Below, in pieces: positions 30,016 to 40,538 of a stretch of 64,000 nt of DNA. The stretch is taken from contig OY760907.1 in NCBI GenBank assembly GCA_963664195.1, positions 704,001-768,000 on the forward strand, in the 5' to 3' direction. The DNA is from an uncultured candidate division Zixibacteria bacterium (GTDB lineage Bacteria > Zixibacteria > MSB-5A5 > GN15 > FEB-12). Under the pieces are notes generated by a model, which was not told the origin of the DNA, searched no databases, and saw only the letters and a program-made list of their open reading frames with translations. A program made the translations under genes and the position numbers. Every line of letters starts with the position of its first letter. Position 1 is the stretch's first letter.

Positions 30016-30426
30016 TTCACCAGACGACGCTCGGCTGAGCGGTAAAGGTTTGCGCTGGATTCGGTCCGTCCCGGTGTTCAAATGAACTGATAGTACAGAT
30101 TAGCCAGCGGGAGGCAGACGAAGCTTCTGCTTCTTGCTCTCTCTTCCCAACCTTGATGAGTTGGTGGTTAGCGGCTCGGCTATCCTTTCCTGCTTGTCTC
30201 CCAGGGGTTGCTGAGTGACTGTCCGTTATCGTCATCCATTCCCAAGACCTCCTCTGGGTTGCTCGCCCTGAGATGCAGCCTCCTTCTAACGATTTTCTAA
30301 CAAACAAGTGCAAGAAACTTGAAGCAAGTTGAAAGAAGTGAACGCAACTGAACATAACTAAACCTATACATGTCAGCCGATTGCGCGTATTCCCATGCGC
30401 GGCATGGACATGCCCAGAACGCCACT

Positions 30427-30916
30427 CGGCGAATCCCTACCTCTCCGCTTATTTTGTCTTCCATTACATGCGAGTTTGCAGCTTGCCGTCCGTTCGGTGG
30501 CCAACCCGTGCCTCGGGTGGGGGACAACCGCGTTCTCCCCTATGTGGACCTCCGGTGGCCAACCCGTGCCTCGGGTGGGAGATAGCCGCGTTCTCCCCTT
30601 TGTGGACCTCCGGTGGCCAACCCGTGCCTCGGGTGGGGGACAGCCGCGTTCTCCCCTATGTGGACCTCCGGTGGCCAACCCGTGCCTCGGGTGGGAGATA
30701 ACCGCATTCTCCCTCTTGTGACCACCAGGGTTCCACCTCTGGCGGATTCGTTTCCCGATTGACATTCACCTGCAATTGTGTATTTTGAAGGCGATTATAG
30801 TTCAACCAGATTCACTCGGTGATACGGGAGGGATGTGTGGCAATCAAGCGACCACTAGAAACCCGGGGGGCGATGCGGCTGGCAAAGGGGCAGACGAGGG
30901 CGCCTGCCGCCCACGG
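30427..30916 (+). repeat. Constant module copy C (att-like core 30430-30448, 3 full + 1 partial 58-bp units, leader, REP)
   Basis: Units start 30496, 30554, 30612, 30670. Confidence 0.95.
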
Positions 30917-30949
30917 AATTGCCGCTGTATGCAAGAATCGAGGATAGAT

Positions 30950-31471
30950 ATGGAGCGAGTTTGGAACATGGTTCACTACTTCGTGTGGGTGAGTGTCAAT
31001 AAGGCGGACCGTCTGGCGACGAAAGTACACCCTGTAGCGCTTGGCTTTAGACTTCCGGTCGTCAAGAATTACTTCAGTAGACGCGGGCGGGATATTCTCC
31101 AAGAGGCACAACAGAATTGCGAGAATCCTGATACCGGGATCAATACCATTTGGGCGGGTGGTCTCTTGGCCGGGCTTGTTGGATTGGTGGGCATAGGTTT
31201 GGTGCTTCTGTACATCGCAGAGATCAATCCTCAGTTCCACTTGGGCAAGCTCCATGGTGTGGCAATAGCTGCGACCAGCTATGTCCTGAACTATCTGCTG
31301 TTATGGCGACACGGCAAGTACCTCAATTACTTCAAAGAATGCGACAAGCTGCCAGCCAAGATTAGGCGAAGATGGGCGTGGGCCAGCTTTGGAATCGTTG
31401 TGGGGATGCTGTCCTTCTGTGTTGGCTGTTTTCTATATTGGAACTCTCAGATGCTTTCTCGTGTGCCATGA
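30950..31471 (+). CDS. Hypothetical membrane protein, 3 TM, immunity-like (cargo C)
   Basis: GAGGA RBS, MERVWNMVHYF...; three hydrophobic segments; bounded by an inverted REP at 31505-31532. Confidence 0.7.
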   Translation: MERVWNMVHYFVWVSVNKADRLATKVHPVALGFRLPVVKNYFSRRGRDILQEAQQNCENPDTGINTIWAGGLLAGLVGLVGIGLVLLYIAEINPQFHLGKLHGVAIAATSYVLNYLLLWRHGKYLNYFKECDKLPAKIRRRWAWASFGIVVGMLSFCVGCFLYWNSQMLSRVP

Positions 31472-31590
31472 CTTGCAGCAGCCCGGCCGGTGGCCTAGAG
31501 TTTTGTGGGCGGCAGACGGCCTCGTCTGCCCCTCGGTCAATCCGGATGAGAATCCTACGCGTGTGCAGTGCCGCGCGTAGGACACAATTC

Positions 31591-32001
31591 CTACAGACCC
31601 TGGATGCCGCCACCACCGTGGTGCGAACATCCGCCGCCGCCGTGACCGTGGCCCTGGCAGGCGCTGGTCGGGTCGGCTTCCTTCAAGGTGCCGGCTTTGA
31701 TCGCGTCGAGAACCTCGGCCATGTTTTCGCTTGCTGCCAGGAAGACCTTGATTCCGTTGTGATTGAGCACCTCGATCGCCCGTCGGCCCATCCCGCGACA
31801 CACCACACAGTCAACCTTGTGGCCCATCAGTGCCGCGACCGGGTTGCAGGCCCCGTGTTCGTGCGCACCCATGCCGTTGTTGATGACGTTGAACTCGTCC
31901 TTTTCAGTATCATAGACTGAGAAGAACGGCGCGGAACCAAAGTGCCCGCACAGGGTGTCCTCACGGCCGTTGTCTCCGTTAGTCGGTATGCAAACCAGCA
32001 T
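31591..32001 (-). CDS. NifB/NifX-family Fe-Mo cluster-binding protein with His/Gly tail
   Basis: HFGSAPFF, HEHGAC, VVCRGMGRRA, CQGHGHGGGGCSHH. Confidence 0.88.
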   Translation of the reverse strand: MLVCIPTNGDNGREDTLCGHFGSAPFFSVYDTEKDEFNVINNGMGAHEHGACNPVAALMGHKVDCVVCRGMGRRAIEVLNHNGIKVFLAASENMAEVLDAIKAGTLKEADPTSACQGHGHGGGGCSHHGGGGIQGL

Positions 32002-32296
32002 CTGATGTCTCACTTTCTTTCAGGTTCAGGACAATAGCGTCGCCTCTGAGAATCGCTTCCACCACCCGCTTTCGACCACTCTTCAGCAACCGCTGGACAG
32101 TCCCGCGAGAGACTCCCATCCTCTCCCCGGCCGTTTGCTGATCGAGATCGTCGACATCGCACAAACGCATCGCCTCGAACTGATCCGCACCCAGCAGAGT
32201 GGTGCCGATAAGCCCCATTGCCACGCCCTGTGGCTTGTAGATGCAGTCCGCTGTATCGCGGCGGCAGCAGCGGTGTTTTCTCGGACGAGCCATCAT
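31979..32296 (-). CDS. DUF134 (UPF0251) DNA-binding protein
   Basis: MARPRKHR, YKPQG, EAMRLCD, MGVSRGTVQRLLKSGRK. Confidence 0.88.
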   Translation of the reverse strand: MMARPRKHRCCRRDTADCIYKPQGVAMGLIGTTLLGADQFEAMRLCDVDDLDQQTAGERMGVSRGTVQRLLKSGRKRVVEAILRGDAIVLNLKESETSDAGLHTD

Positions 32297-32417
32297 TCCT
32301 CACGTTATTTTGTGCATATGCACAGAACGAGTATCGTGATAATGCGGCTGTTTGTCAAGAGGGAGAATGCGTTGGTTGGCGAGGTATCCTTGGCGGGCAC
32401 AAGTCAACGAACGGCAC

Positions 32418-32451
32418 AAAAAAACGGACAGCCGAAGAGACTGTCCGTTTT
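32418..32451. terminator. Intrinsic terminator after the PEP-CTERM gene
   Basis: AAAACGGACAG-loop-CTGTCCGTTTT. Confidence 0.75.
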
Positions 32452-32467
32452 CATCAGTCAAGATAGA

Positions 32468-33121
32468 CTATTTTCTGTTCTTCCGTCTGCGCAGGTAACC
32501 CGCGCCCGCCAGACCAACCCCAAAGAGCAGCATGGTGGCAGGTTCCGGGACCGGGTTGGCGGTGACGCCAAAGACCATGTCGTTGTAGTCATAGTCCGGA
32601 CCCGCGCCGCCGTCGTCGACATACACCAGATAGTCAAAATCGCCGTGGAAACTGAACCGTTGATTTCCGTTAGTGAAACTGAATTCAGTGTTTTCTCCCC
32701 TGAGATCGCTCACATCGTACACCATGAACGGCTGAAACGGTGCAGCATCGCAGGAGTACAGGTGACTTGGGCTGCCGTTTGGGGACAACCACAATCCAAC
32801 GTCGGTCCCCGCAGTAATCCGAGTAGTCGCCTGAAGCGGAGACTGATCCGGTCCGCTGAACACAATCGTTTCGTCGCTGCGGCCTTCCAGGTCGGTGTAG
32901 AATCCAACCGCGTTGCGACCGGCCCATCCGGCGTTTTCGTGGATCAACGACCAGGTCTGTTGAGACGAGGTGAAATTCATCGTGATGTTGTCATAGTCGG
33001 GGTCACCGACGTTGCGAAAGAAGGAGTTGCCATTCGCTGACAGAGCAGGCAACGCCAGCACCTGACCTGCTATAAGCAGTGAGCCCATCAGGCCAATGAA
33101 AACCAGTGTTTTGCTTTTCAT
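32468..33121 (-). CDS. PEP-CTERM surface protein with DUF4114-like motif
   Basis: Signal peptide; DYDYNDMV; VPEPATMLLFGVGLAGAGYLRRRK. Confidence 0.92.
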   Translation of the reverse strand: MKSKTLVFIGLMGSLLIAGQVLALPALSANGNSFFRNVGDPDYDNITMNFTSSQQTWSLIHENAGWAGRNAVGFYTDLEGRSDETIVFSGPDQSPLQATTRITAGTDVGLWLSPNGSPSHLYSCDAAPFQPFMVYDVSDLRGENTEFSFTNGNQRFSFHGDFDYLVYVDDGGAGPDYDYNDMVFGVTANPVPEPATMLLFGVGLAGAGYLRRRKNRK

Positions 33122-33192
33122 GCGCTCTCCCATATATCGTAGTGCGTTTTTTTGTCTTAGTTACCGACCGTGGTCATGTCCAGACTCTTTCC

Positions 33193-33208
33193 TGCACATC
33201 TCATGCCA
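33193..33208 (-). promoter_or_regulatory. Sigma54 promoter of the PEP-CTERM gene
   Basis: Minus strand TGGCATGAGATGTGCA, GG-N10-GC. Confidence 0.7.
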
Positions 33209-33438
33209 AAACCAACCAAACTTCTAGTCATTGCACCACAAGGGATTACCATTGGCACATGACGTTCCACTGTGCAGGAATCTGCGTCTAATGATATGCG
33301 TCACAGTACGCCCCAGAATCTGTCGGCGGGCAAGCGGTTCACCGGAACAGCGAGGCGGCCCTGATAGTTACAGTTTTTGGTGCAGCAGTGGAAACTCCGA
33401 TACTGCACGGCTACAAGCAACGAAGAGGAGACAAGCAG

Positions 33439-33924
33439 ATGCCGAAAGCGACCTTTGCCGCAGGATGTTTCTGGGGGATCGAGGCCATGTTCCGCAAAAT
33501 CGACGGAGTCAGTGCAACAGTTGTCGGTTACACCGGCGGAGTGCTGGACAATCCGACATACGAAGACGTCTGTTCCGGGGAGACCGGGCACGCCGAGGCA
33601 GTTGAGATAGAGTTCGATCAGACCAAGGTGAGCTATGCGCAGCTCCTCGACCTGTTCTGGAGCAAACATGATCCGACCACTCTGAATCGACAGGGGCCGG
33701 ATGTAGGTACTCAATATCGCTCGGCGGTGTTCTTCCACGATCCCCAGCAGGAGAAAACGATCCACGAGTCAATAAAGAAACTCGAAGCGGAAAAGCGATT
33801 CAGGAATCATATTGTGACAGAGGTTCTTCCCGCTTCGAAATTCTACCGGGCCGAAAACTACCACCAGCAATACTACGAGAAACGTGGTCTGGCCACCTGC
33901 CGTATCAAACCGAAGAAGACCTGA
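33439..33924 (+). CDS. msrA: Peptide-methionine (S)-S-oxide reductase
   Basis: [32 protein letters not shown]. Confidence 0.95.
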   Translation: MPKATFAAGCFWGIEAMFRKIDGVSATVVGYTGGVLDNPTYEDVCSGETGHAEAVEIEFDQTKVSYAQLLDLFWSKHDPTTLNRQGPDVGTQYRSAVFFHDPQQEKTIHESIKKLEAEKRFRNHIVTEVLPASKFYRAENYHQQYYEKRGLATCRIKPKKT

Positions 33925-34008
33925 CACCAGCGCACTGCCTCGGCTAACTCCTTGCCGAGAGCAGAAGTTGGCGCTACATTAAGCGCTCACCCCAGGGTAC
34001 GGAGTTGC

Positions 34009-34631
34009 ATGAGCGCGCTGGAAATTATCTATGTCGGCACCGGGGGGATTGTCTTCCTGTTGACCGCGATCTTCGTTTGGAGTTGCTGTCGCGAACGTAA
34101 ATCAAGAGCCGCTCTGCTCGGATCACTTCTGCTGCTTGTATTCACTGTTGCCTGGTCTGGATACTTCATCCTGTTTTCCGCATCGTCCGCCGCTCTGCTG
34201 ATGCCGGTGAGTTTGATAGCCATCTTCTCCTTGCTTTTCTTTTCCCCGTTGGGAAAAACCAGTTCGCTCAAAATAGGCAAGATTACTGAGAAGATCGACG
34301 AGCGCGATGTCATGTTCGCCCGCGAGGAATACCAGCCGGGAACAGACAAGTACGAGCAATACTACGCTGCCCGTCCGGAGCTATTCCCCTGAACGAGAAG
34401 ACAAACGTTCGCGGCGTCGAAAAGTGGCCGACAACCGTCGAGCAATGCATCAGGTATTGGCGTATTGTCGGCACTGACTGCGCCCTGTGCATGAAGGTCT
34501 GCCCCTACAGCCATCCGCCCACATTGGTACACAATCTGGTACGCGCCGGCATCCGGCGCTCTTCGTTTGCACGCACCGTCTCGGCCTGGGCCGATGATTT
34601 CCTCTACGGCCGTAAGGTCAAGATTGATTGA
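34009..34631 (+). pseudogene. Internally deleted membrane-anchored reductive-dehalogenase-like 4Fe-4S protein
   Basis: N-part 3 TM + IDERDVMFAR; from 34368 a second frame reads CPSGAIP...KW...CIRYW...DCALCMKVCPYS...DDFLYG*. Confidence 0.8.
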
Positions 34632-34747
34632 CCGGCCAACAGCCTAGCTTTCTGTTTCCTTCTGCTCGTTATAGAGCTTGCAGTGAGCCTCGTCTCATAG
34701 TAAACTTCTCGCATTGAACAGCGACCACACCCAGAGGAAGGAATCCC

Positions 34748-36427
34748 GTGGCAGAGAAATTCATCTTTCACATGTTGGGCGTAAACAAATCCTACGGCCA
34801 CAAGCAGGTGCTGAAGAACATCAATCTGAGTTTCTTCCCCGGCGCTAAGATCGGCATCGTCGGCGAAAACGGTTCCGGTAAAACGACCGTCCTAAAAATC
34901 ATGGCCGGTCTGGACAGAGAGTTCCAGGGCGAAGCGGTTATCACGCCGGGTTACAAGTCTGGAATCGTCCTGCAGGAACCGGAACTCGACGACACCCTGA
35001 CCGTCCATGAAACCGTCGAGTCAGCTTTCGGAGAGACCAAGGCTTTGCTCGATGAATACAACAAGATCACCGACAGCCTGGCCGAACCTATGGGGGACGA
35101 TGAAATGCAGGCTGCCATGGATCGTATGGGCGAGTTGCAGGACAAACTGGACACGATCGATGCCTGGAATCTGGATCAGCATATCAGTCTTGCCGGTAAC
35201 GCTCTCTGTCTGCCGGAGGATGATCGGATTGTCGGCACTCTGAGCGGCGGCGAACGCCGTCGCGTAGCCCTCTGCAAAGCCCTGTTGGAGAAACCGGATC
35301 TGCTGCTACTCGACGAGCCGACCAACCATCTCGACCCGGAAACGGTTGAATGGCTGGAAGAACAGCTTCGCGAATACCCCGGCACGGTCATAATCGTGAC
35401 GCACGATCGCTACTTCCTCGACAACATCACCAAATGGATCCTGGAGTTGGACAACGGTCATGGTGTTCCGTGGGAGGGCAACTACTCTTCCTGGCTGGAA
35501 CAGAAGTTGGGCAAGCTGGCGACTCAGGAAAAGAGAGAATCGCCGCGCGCCAAAGCTCTCGAACGAGAATTGGCCTGGATTCGCATGAGTCGCGGCGACC
35601 GCAACGAGAAGGCACGGGAGAGAATTCGCGAATATGAACAACTCGTGGCCAGAGGAAGCGCCAAGGCGGCCAGAAAAGACAACACGGTCATCCAAATCGC
35701 ACCGGGTCCGGATCTCGGCAGCCAGGTTATCGAGTTTGAAGCGGTCGGCAAGGCGTTCGATGACAACCTGTTGTTCAAGGATCTGGATTTCATCGTCCCC
35801 CGTTCGGCTGTGGTCGGACTGGTGGGTCCCAACGGTACCGGGAAAACCACTATGTTCCGGATGCTCACCGGCGAGGAATCCTCCGACAGCGGCAAGATCA
35901 CTATCGGCCAGACGGTGAGCATGGCGTATGTCGATCAGGGCCGTGAACTTCAGGACGATGTCAGCCTGTTGGACGAGATCGGTGGCGGAGCCTCAGAAAT
36001 CGTGATAGGCACTCAGAGTGTACCGATCCGTCAATACCTCTCACGCTTTGGTTTCAAAGGCGCCGATCAACAGAAAGCCGCAACCGATCTATCCGGAGGC
36101 GAGCGAAACCGCTGTCATCTGGCCAAGATTCTGAAAGTCGGGGGAAACGTCCTGCTGTTGGATGAGCCAACCAACGACCTCGATGTCAACACTCTCCGTA
36201 TGCTCGAAGAAGCCGTAATGGACTTCTCCGGCTGTGTGCTGGTGATTAGCCACGACCGATTCTTCCTGGATCGTATCTGCACCCATTTGCTGGTGTTCGA
36301 AGGTCAGGGGAAAGTCCGCTGGTACGAGGGGAATTTCTCCGAGTATCAGGAATGGCGGCAAAAGGAATTGGGCGGCAAGCTCTTCGAAAACCGTCGCAAC
36401 CGATACCGGAAGATCGTCAAGGGGTAG
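34748..36427 (+). CDS. ettA: ABC-F translational throttle EttA
   Basis: LSFFPGAKIG, two ABC domains, ELAWIR linker. Confidence 0.92.
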   Translation: MAEKFIFHMLGVNKSYGHKQVLKNINLSFFPGAKIGIVGENGSGKTTVLKIMAGLDREFQGEAVITPGYKSGIVLQEPELDDTLTVHETVESAFGETKALLDEYNKITDSLAEPMGDDEMQAAMDRMGELQDKLDTIDAWNLDQHISLAGNALCLPEDDRIVGTLSGGERRRVALCKALLEKPDLLLLDEPTNHLDPETVEWLEEQLREYPGTVIIVTHDRYFLDNITKWILELDNGHGVPWEGNYSSWLEQKLGKLATQEKRESPRAKALERELAWIRMSRGDRNEKARERIREYEQLVARGSAKAARKDNTVIQIAPGPDLGSQVIEFEAVGKAFDDNLLFKDLDFIVPRSAVVGLVGPNGTGKTTMFRMLTGEESSDSGKITIGQTVSMAYVDQGRELQDDVSLLDEIGGGASEIVIGTQSVPIRQYLSRFGFKGADQQKAATDLSGGERNRCHLAKILKVGGNVLLLDEPTNDLDVNTLRMLEEAVMDFSGCVLVISHDRFFLDRICTHLLVFEGQGKVRWYEGNFSEYQEWRQKELGGKLFENRRNRYRKIVKG

Positions 36428-36612
36428 AACCCCACCGGTCAGCCACCAAATACCCTCTATGTCTGTCTATATATGGTGAGCGCCGGGGTTCCATCCCCGG
36501 CGCATCAACCGATCCCTCGTCCAAACAAAACTCCAACCGCTTCTGTTCAGTTTTCGCACAGACCTGCCGATACCACTACATGTCAGCGAGACGATTCAAA
36601 TGGGGTTAGGAA

Positions 36613-37659
36613 ATGGAAAAAACGGGCAAGATCAGGGGCAGCCAGCTCAAGTTCAGCAGATCGACATCTGAGACTCGGCGGAATTCCGTCTGCCAGGCAA
36701 CCTGTGCGGCAACGGGAAAGTCGCGGTTGAATCCGAAGTCTCCCGCGGAAGACAGCGCCGCCAACGAAAGGGTTGCGCCGGGAAGCCCTCTCGTGTCAGA
36801 ACACTGCTTCGCAGATATCGTTGACTTCCTTCCCGATCCGACCTTCGCCATTAATCTCGCCGGAGAGGTCATCGCCTGGAATCACGCGATGGAGAAGCAC
36901 AGCGGTTGGAGGGCGGAGGAAGTCCTCGGCAAGGGCAACTATGTGTACGCCCTCCCCTTCTATAACGAACGGCGCCCGATTGTGATCGATCTCGTCCTCG
37001 CATCACATCCAGAGACCGAGAAACTGTACTCTCGCATCGAACGGGACGGGAACGCGTTGTTAACCGAGGTGAAGATTCCACAGGCGGGCGATAATCGTTG
37101 CCATCTCAGCGTCAAAGCATCTCCCCTGTATGATCAAAAGGGTGAAATCGTGGGGGCGATTGAAACCACGCGGGATATGACGCCTCGCATACGGGCAGAG
37201 GAAGACAGGATCCTCGCCATCGCCGAACTTGAGCGCGAACGGGCGACCTTGAAGGACAAGAACACTGCGCTCAAGGAGATGTTGTCGCAAATAGAAGAAG
37301 AGAAGAAGCGCATCATGAAGGAAACGCAATCCAACGTCGACCGGATTGCAACCCCCCTGCTGCTATCGCTCAGAGAGACCTGTCAAGACTCTGATCGGAA
37401 CAAGATAGATTTGCTGACCGATTGTCTCAACCAGATTACGGCGCCGTTTGTTCGCTCTCTCGAGACCAAGTTTGGGACACTCTCGCCGCGCGAATTACAG
37501 ATATGCAATATGGTCAAGAGCGGGCTGTCCTGCAAAGAGATAGCAGCAACGCTGAACACCTCGGTGAATACGGTCATGAATCAGCGCCAGCGAATCCGTC
37601 GCAAACTCGGGCTGGAGAGCAACAAGGTCAATCTGACCACCTTCTTGCAGGGAATGTAA
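36613..37659 (+). CDS. PAS + LuxR-type HTH transcriptional regulator
   Basis: LPDPTFAI...VIAWN PAS; LSPRELQIC...KEIA...IRRKLG; start uncertain. Confidence 0.85.
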   Translation: MEKTGKIRGSQLKFSRSTSETRRNSVCQATCAATGKSRLNPKSPAEDSAANERVAPGSPLVSEHCFADIVDFLPDPTFAINLAGEVIAWNHAMEKHSGWRAEEVLGKGNYVYALPFYNERRPIVIDLVLASHPETEKLYSRIERDGNALLTEVKIPQAGDNRCHLSVKASPLYDQKGEIVGAIETTRDMTPRIRAEEDRILAIAELERERATLKDKNTALKEMLSQIEEEKKRIMKETQSNVDRIATPLLLSLRETCQDSDRNKIDLLTDCLNQITAPFVRSLETKFGTLSPRELQICNMVKSGLSCKEIAATLNTSVNTVMNQRQRIRRKLGLESNKVNLTTFLQGM

Positions 37660-37992
37660 CTATCCGGGGGCGCTTATGGGGGCTATCCGATCAACTACTC
37701 TGAATAGTGGACATGTAGTGCTTCTTCGATTGTCCAGAAGATGAATTCCAAAGTCGACAATCCTGGTATTGGCAACAGCCAGGACTTCGGAGCCGAACAT
37801 CGCCGGATCCTGCCGCTGATAGTTGAAGCAAAAGGGGCTGAGAGTGACGAACGAACGAACGGTACCACAGAGAACATCCGAAGAAGACTCCAGTGAGTTG
37901 ACCACCTCTGTGGATAGCATCGCAGGCGCGGACCGAAATCCTGCGACTCAACGAAGAACACACATGCATTGCAATAGATAGGGAGGCGTGGG

Positions 37993-40062
37993 ATGAGTTG
38001 GAAGAATCTCAAGATCGCTTACAAGCTGTATATGGGTTTTGGAATCGTGTTGATTCTGGCCGCGGCCGTGGGATATGTCGGTTATGACGGTCTGCACTCG
38101 GTGACAGGCGCCGTGGCAAACGCCAAAGATGCCACTCAGATGATAGAGTGGTCTAAGGATATGGGTATCCAGCGCGTCGCCTACGCTCAGGACAAGAAGC
38201 CGGAGCGGTTCGACGCTGTCGAGGGCAAATGCGGCGAGATGTTTGCCCTGATGGGCAAGCTCGAATCTCGACTGAGCGACTCCGATGATCTCAGTCTGAT
38301 GAGCAACGCCCGGAGGACCAACCAGGCTTATCTGGACGGGTGGAGCAACTGGGTACAGATCACCAATGAAACTTCTGAGGCAATGAGGTCTATCACGGCC
38401 GATGCCAATGTCGCCCAGACAGAGTTCTTTGCACTAACCGCTGCGTTGAAGACACAATTGTCCGACGAAGTGGCCAACGGGTCCAGCCACGCTGACCTGG
38501 CTATTACTGTCACCCGCAGCAATGCCGCAGGCAGTATGCTTGCCAACTACCTCGATTTCCGAGTTGCCTATCGCAACTACCTGATCTACAGCGACAAAAA
38601 GTATGTCGAACAGATGTACGGACTCATGGACAACATCGTCGCCGAGGCAGGCAAAATCGACGAGGCCACGGAGGATGCAAAAGGAAAAGCTCAGTTGCAA
38701 ACCATCGTGACCGCGTCCAACGGTATCGCCTCGTCCCTGGGGATTGTGGTAGCCAAGACGGATCAATCGTTTGAGACGGCCAATATGCTTGCGAACACTG
38801 CCGGCGAACTTGTCTCGGTACTCGACCAGATAGGCACCCGTCAGACCGAAAACATGAAATCCGCCGAAAGTGCGGCTATAACGATGGCCGTGAGTTTCGT
38901 CACCGGCGCCATTCTGCTGGGCGCTTTCATTGCCTTCATAATCGCCCGCGGCATATCCAATCCGGTTTCCCGGATGGCGTACGTCGCCAAACAGATATCC
39001 AGCGGCGATATCGAACACGACATTGATTTGAGTTCCAAGGACGAAATCGGCGTCCTCGCCGCGGCTTTCCGGGACCTTATCGGCTACATGAGAAATCTTG
39101 CAGCAGCAGCCGAAAGCATTGCGGCCAACGATCTCACAATACAGGTCGAGGTCAAATCCGAAAAAGACGTGCTTGGCAATTCGTTCAAGACCATGACCGC
39201 CAACCTGACAGGTATGATTCGTCAGCTCACCGACAATGCGGGACAACTGGTGTCGGCCGCAAGCGAAATCGCCTCCTCTTCTGAGCAGATGTCGCGCGGT
39301 GCGAACGATCAAACCGGGCAGATGTCCCAGATTTCGACTGCTGTCGAAGAGATGACAGCCACTATTGTTGAGTCTTCCAGAAACGCAGGCGACGCTACCG
39401 ACGCGTCTAATACGGCCGCATCAACCGCCACCGAGGGCGGTGAGATCGTCGCCGAGACAATTCAGGGCATGCAGCGCATCGCAGCTACCGTGCGTGAATC
39501 GGCCGACTCCATCGCTAAACTGGCCAATTCCGCCGATCAGATCGGCGAAATCGTGAGCGTCATCGACGACATCGCCGATCAGACCAACCTGCTAGCTCTG
39601 AACGCTGCCATTGAGGCCGCCCGGGCAGGTGAGCAGGGACGCGGCTTTGCAGTAGTCGCCGATGAAGTCCGCAAGCTTGCGGAACGTACCGGCAAGGCCA
39701 CCGGCGAGATCACTGACATGATTAAGGGCATCCAGGACGAGACTCACGAGGCCGTCCAATCAATGGAAGCCGGTACCGCCGAGGTCGATAACGGGCGTGA
39801 TCTGGCTGACAAAGCCGGTACCAGCCTGAGCGAAATCGTCTCCGTCTCGCAGAGAGTTATGGATATGATTCGCCAGATTGCTACCGCTGCCGAGGAACAG
39901 TCCGCGGCCGCCGAGCAGATTTCGAAGAATGTCGAACAGGTTACAGCGATTACTCGTGAAACCGCCACAGGTGCCGAACAGTCTGCCACCGCAGCCGAGG
40001 AACTGAATCGTCAGGCCGAAGGCATGCAGGAAATGGTGAAGCAGTTCAAGATCGTGCACTAG
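37993..40062 (+). CDS. Methyl-accepting chemotaxis protein (helical periplasmic domain, HAMP)
   Basis: 2 [43 protein letters not shown]. Confidence 0.95.
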   Translation: MSWKNLKIAYKLYMGFGIVLILAAAVGYVGYDGLHSVTGAVANAKDATQMIEWSKDMGIQRVAYAQDKKPERFDAVEGKCGEMFALMGKLESRLSDSDDLSLMSNARRTNQAYLDGWSNWVQITNETSEAMRSITADANVAQTEFFALTAALKTQLSDEVANGSSHADLAITVTRSNAAGSMLANYLDFRVAYRNYLIYSDKKYVEQMYGLMDNIVAEAGKIDEATEDAKGKAQLQTIVTASNGIASSLGIVVAKTDQSFETANMLANTAGELVSVLDQIGTRQTENMKSAESAAITMAVSFVTGAILLGAFIAFIIARGISNPVSRMAYVAKQISSGDIEHDIDLSSKDEIGVLAAAFRDLIGYMRNLAAAAESIAANDLTIQVEVKSEKDVLGNSFKTMTANLTGMIRQLTDNAGQLVSAASEIASSSEQMSRGANDQTGQMSQISTAVEEMTATIVESSRNAGDATDASNTAASTATEGGEIVAETIQGMQRIAATVRESADSIAKLANSADQIGEIVSVIDDIADQTNLLALNAAIEAARAGEQGRGFAVVADEVRKLAERTGKATGEITDMIKGIQDETHEAVQSMEAGTAEVDNGRDLADKAGTSLSEIVSVSQRVMDMIRQIATAAEEQSAAAEQISKNVEQVTAITRETATGAEQSATAAEELNRQAEGMQEMVKQFKIVH

Positions 40063-40538
40063 GGCGCAGGACTGAATTAGACAGAAAAGTGCTTGTTCTC
40101 CCATTGCACGGCGGGCGGGTGATCGACAGATTGCCTCCCGCCCGCGAACAGGCACCGGCATAAAAATCCCCATTGTCTCGTACGGCGCGCGGATTCTTCC
40201 GATCTTATCCGCGCGCCACCTCTTCTTGGGCCAGTCGGCCCCTTCTGATACCTGAACACCGTTCAGAAGTGTTCAAGTTTTGAACGACTTTCTTCCAATC
40301 GAGATACCTGTGCTCAGAATTGACAGTATAGCTCGCCACCAACCCTCTCGTCTTTACCATATGCGCCGACAAGAGTTGGCATAGGGCTGGAGCACACTCG
40401 GTTAAGAACGTGTTCATCCGGGCATCCTACAATACAGACATCGTACCGCGAGCGAACAGGTCCTATCGTGACCCAAACAGACTAGTACATTTGTATCAAC
40501 ACTAATGATGCACAACCAAGGAGACAAGGAGGAAGACC

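Noticed and set aside
30017..30355. 112-aa minus-strand ORF
   Set aside because: No RBS or recognisable motif; overlaps low-complexity sequence before the att-like core.
23519..32001. Nitrogen fixation inferred from two NifB/NifX-family genes
   Set aside because: No nifHDK; this small domain is widespread in non-diazotrophic anaerobes.
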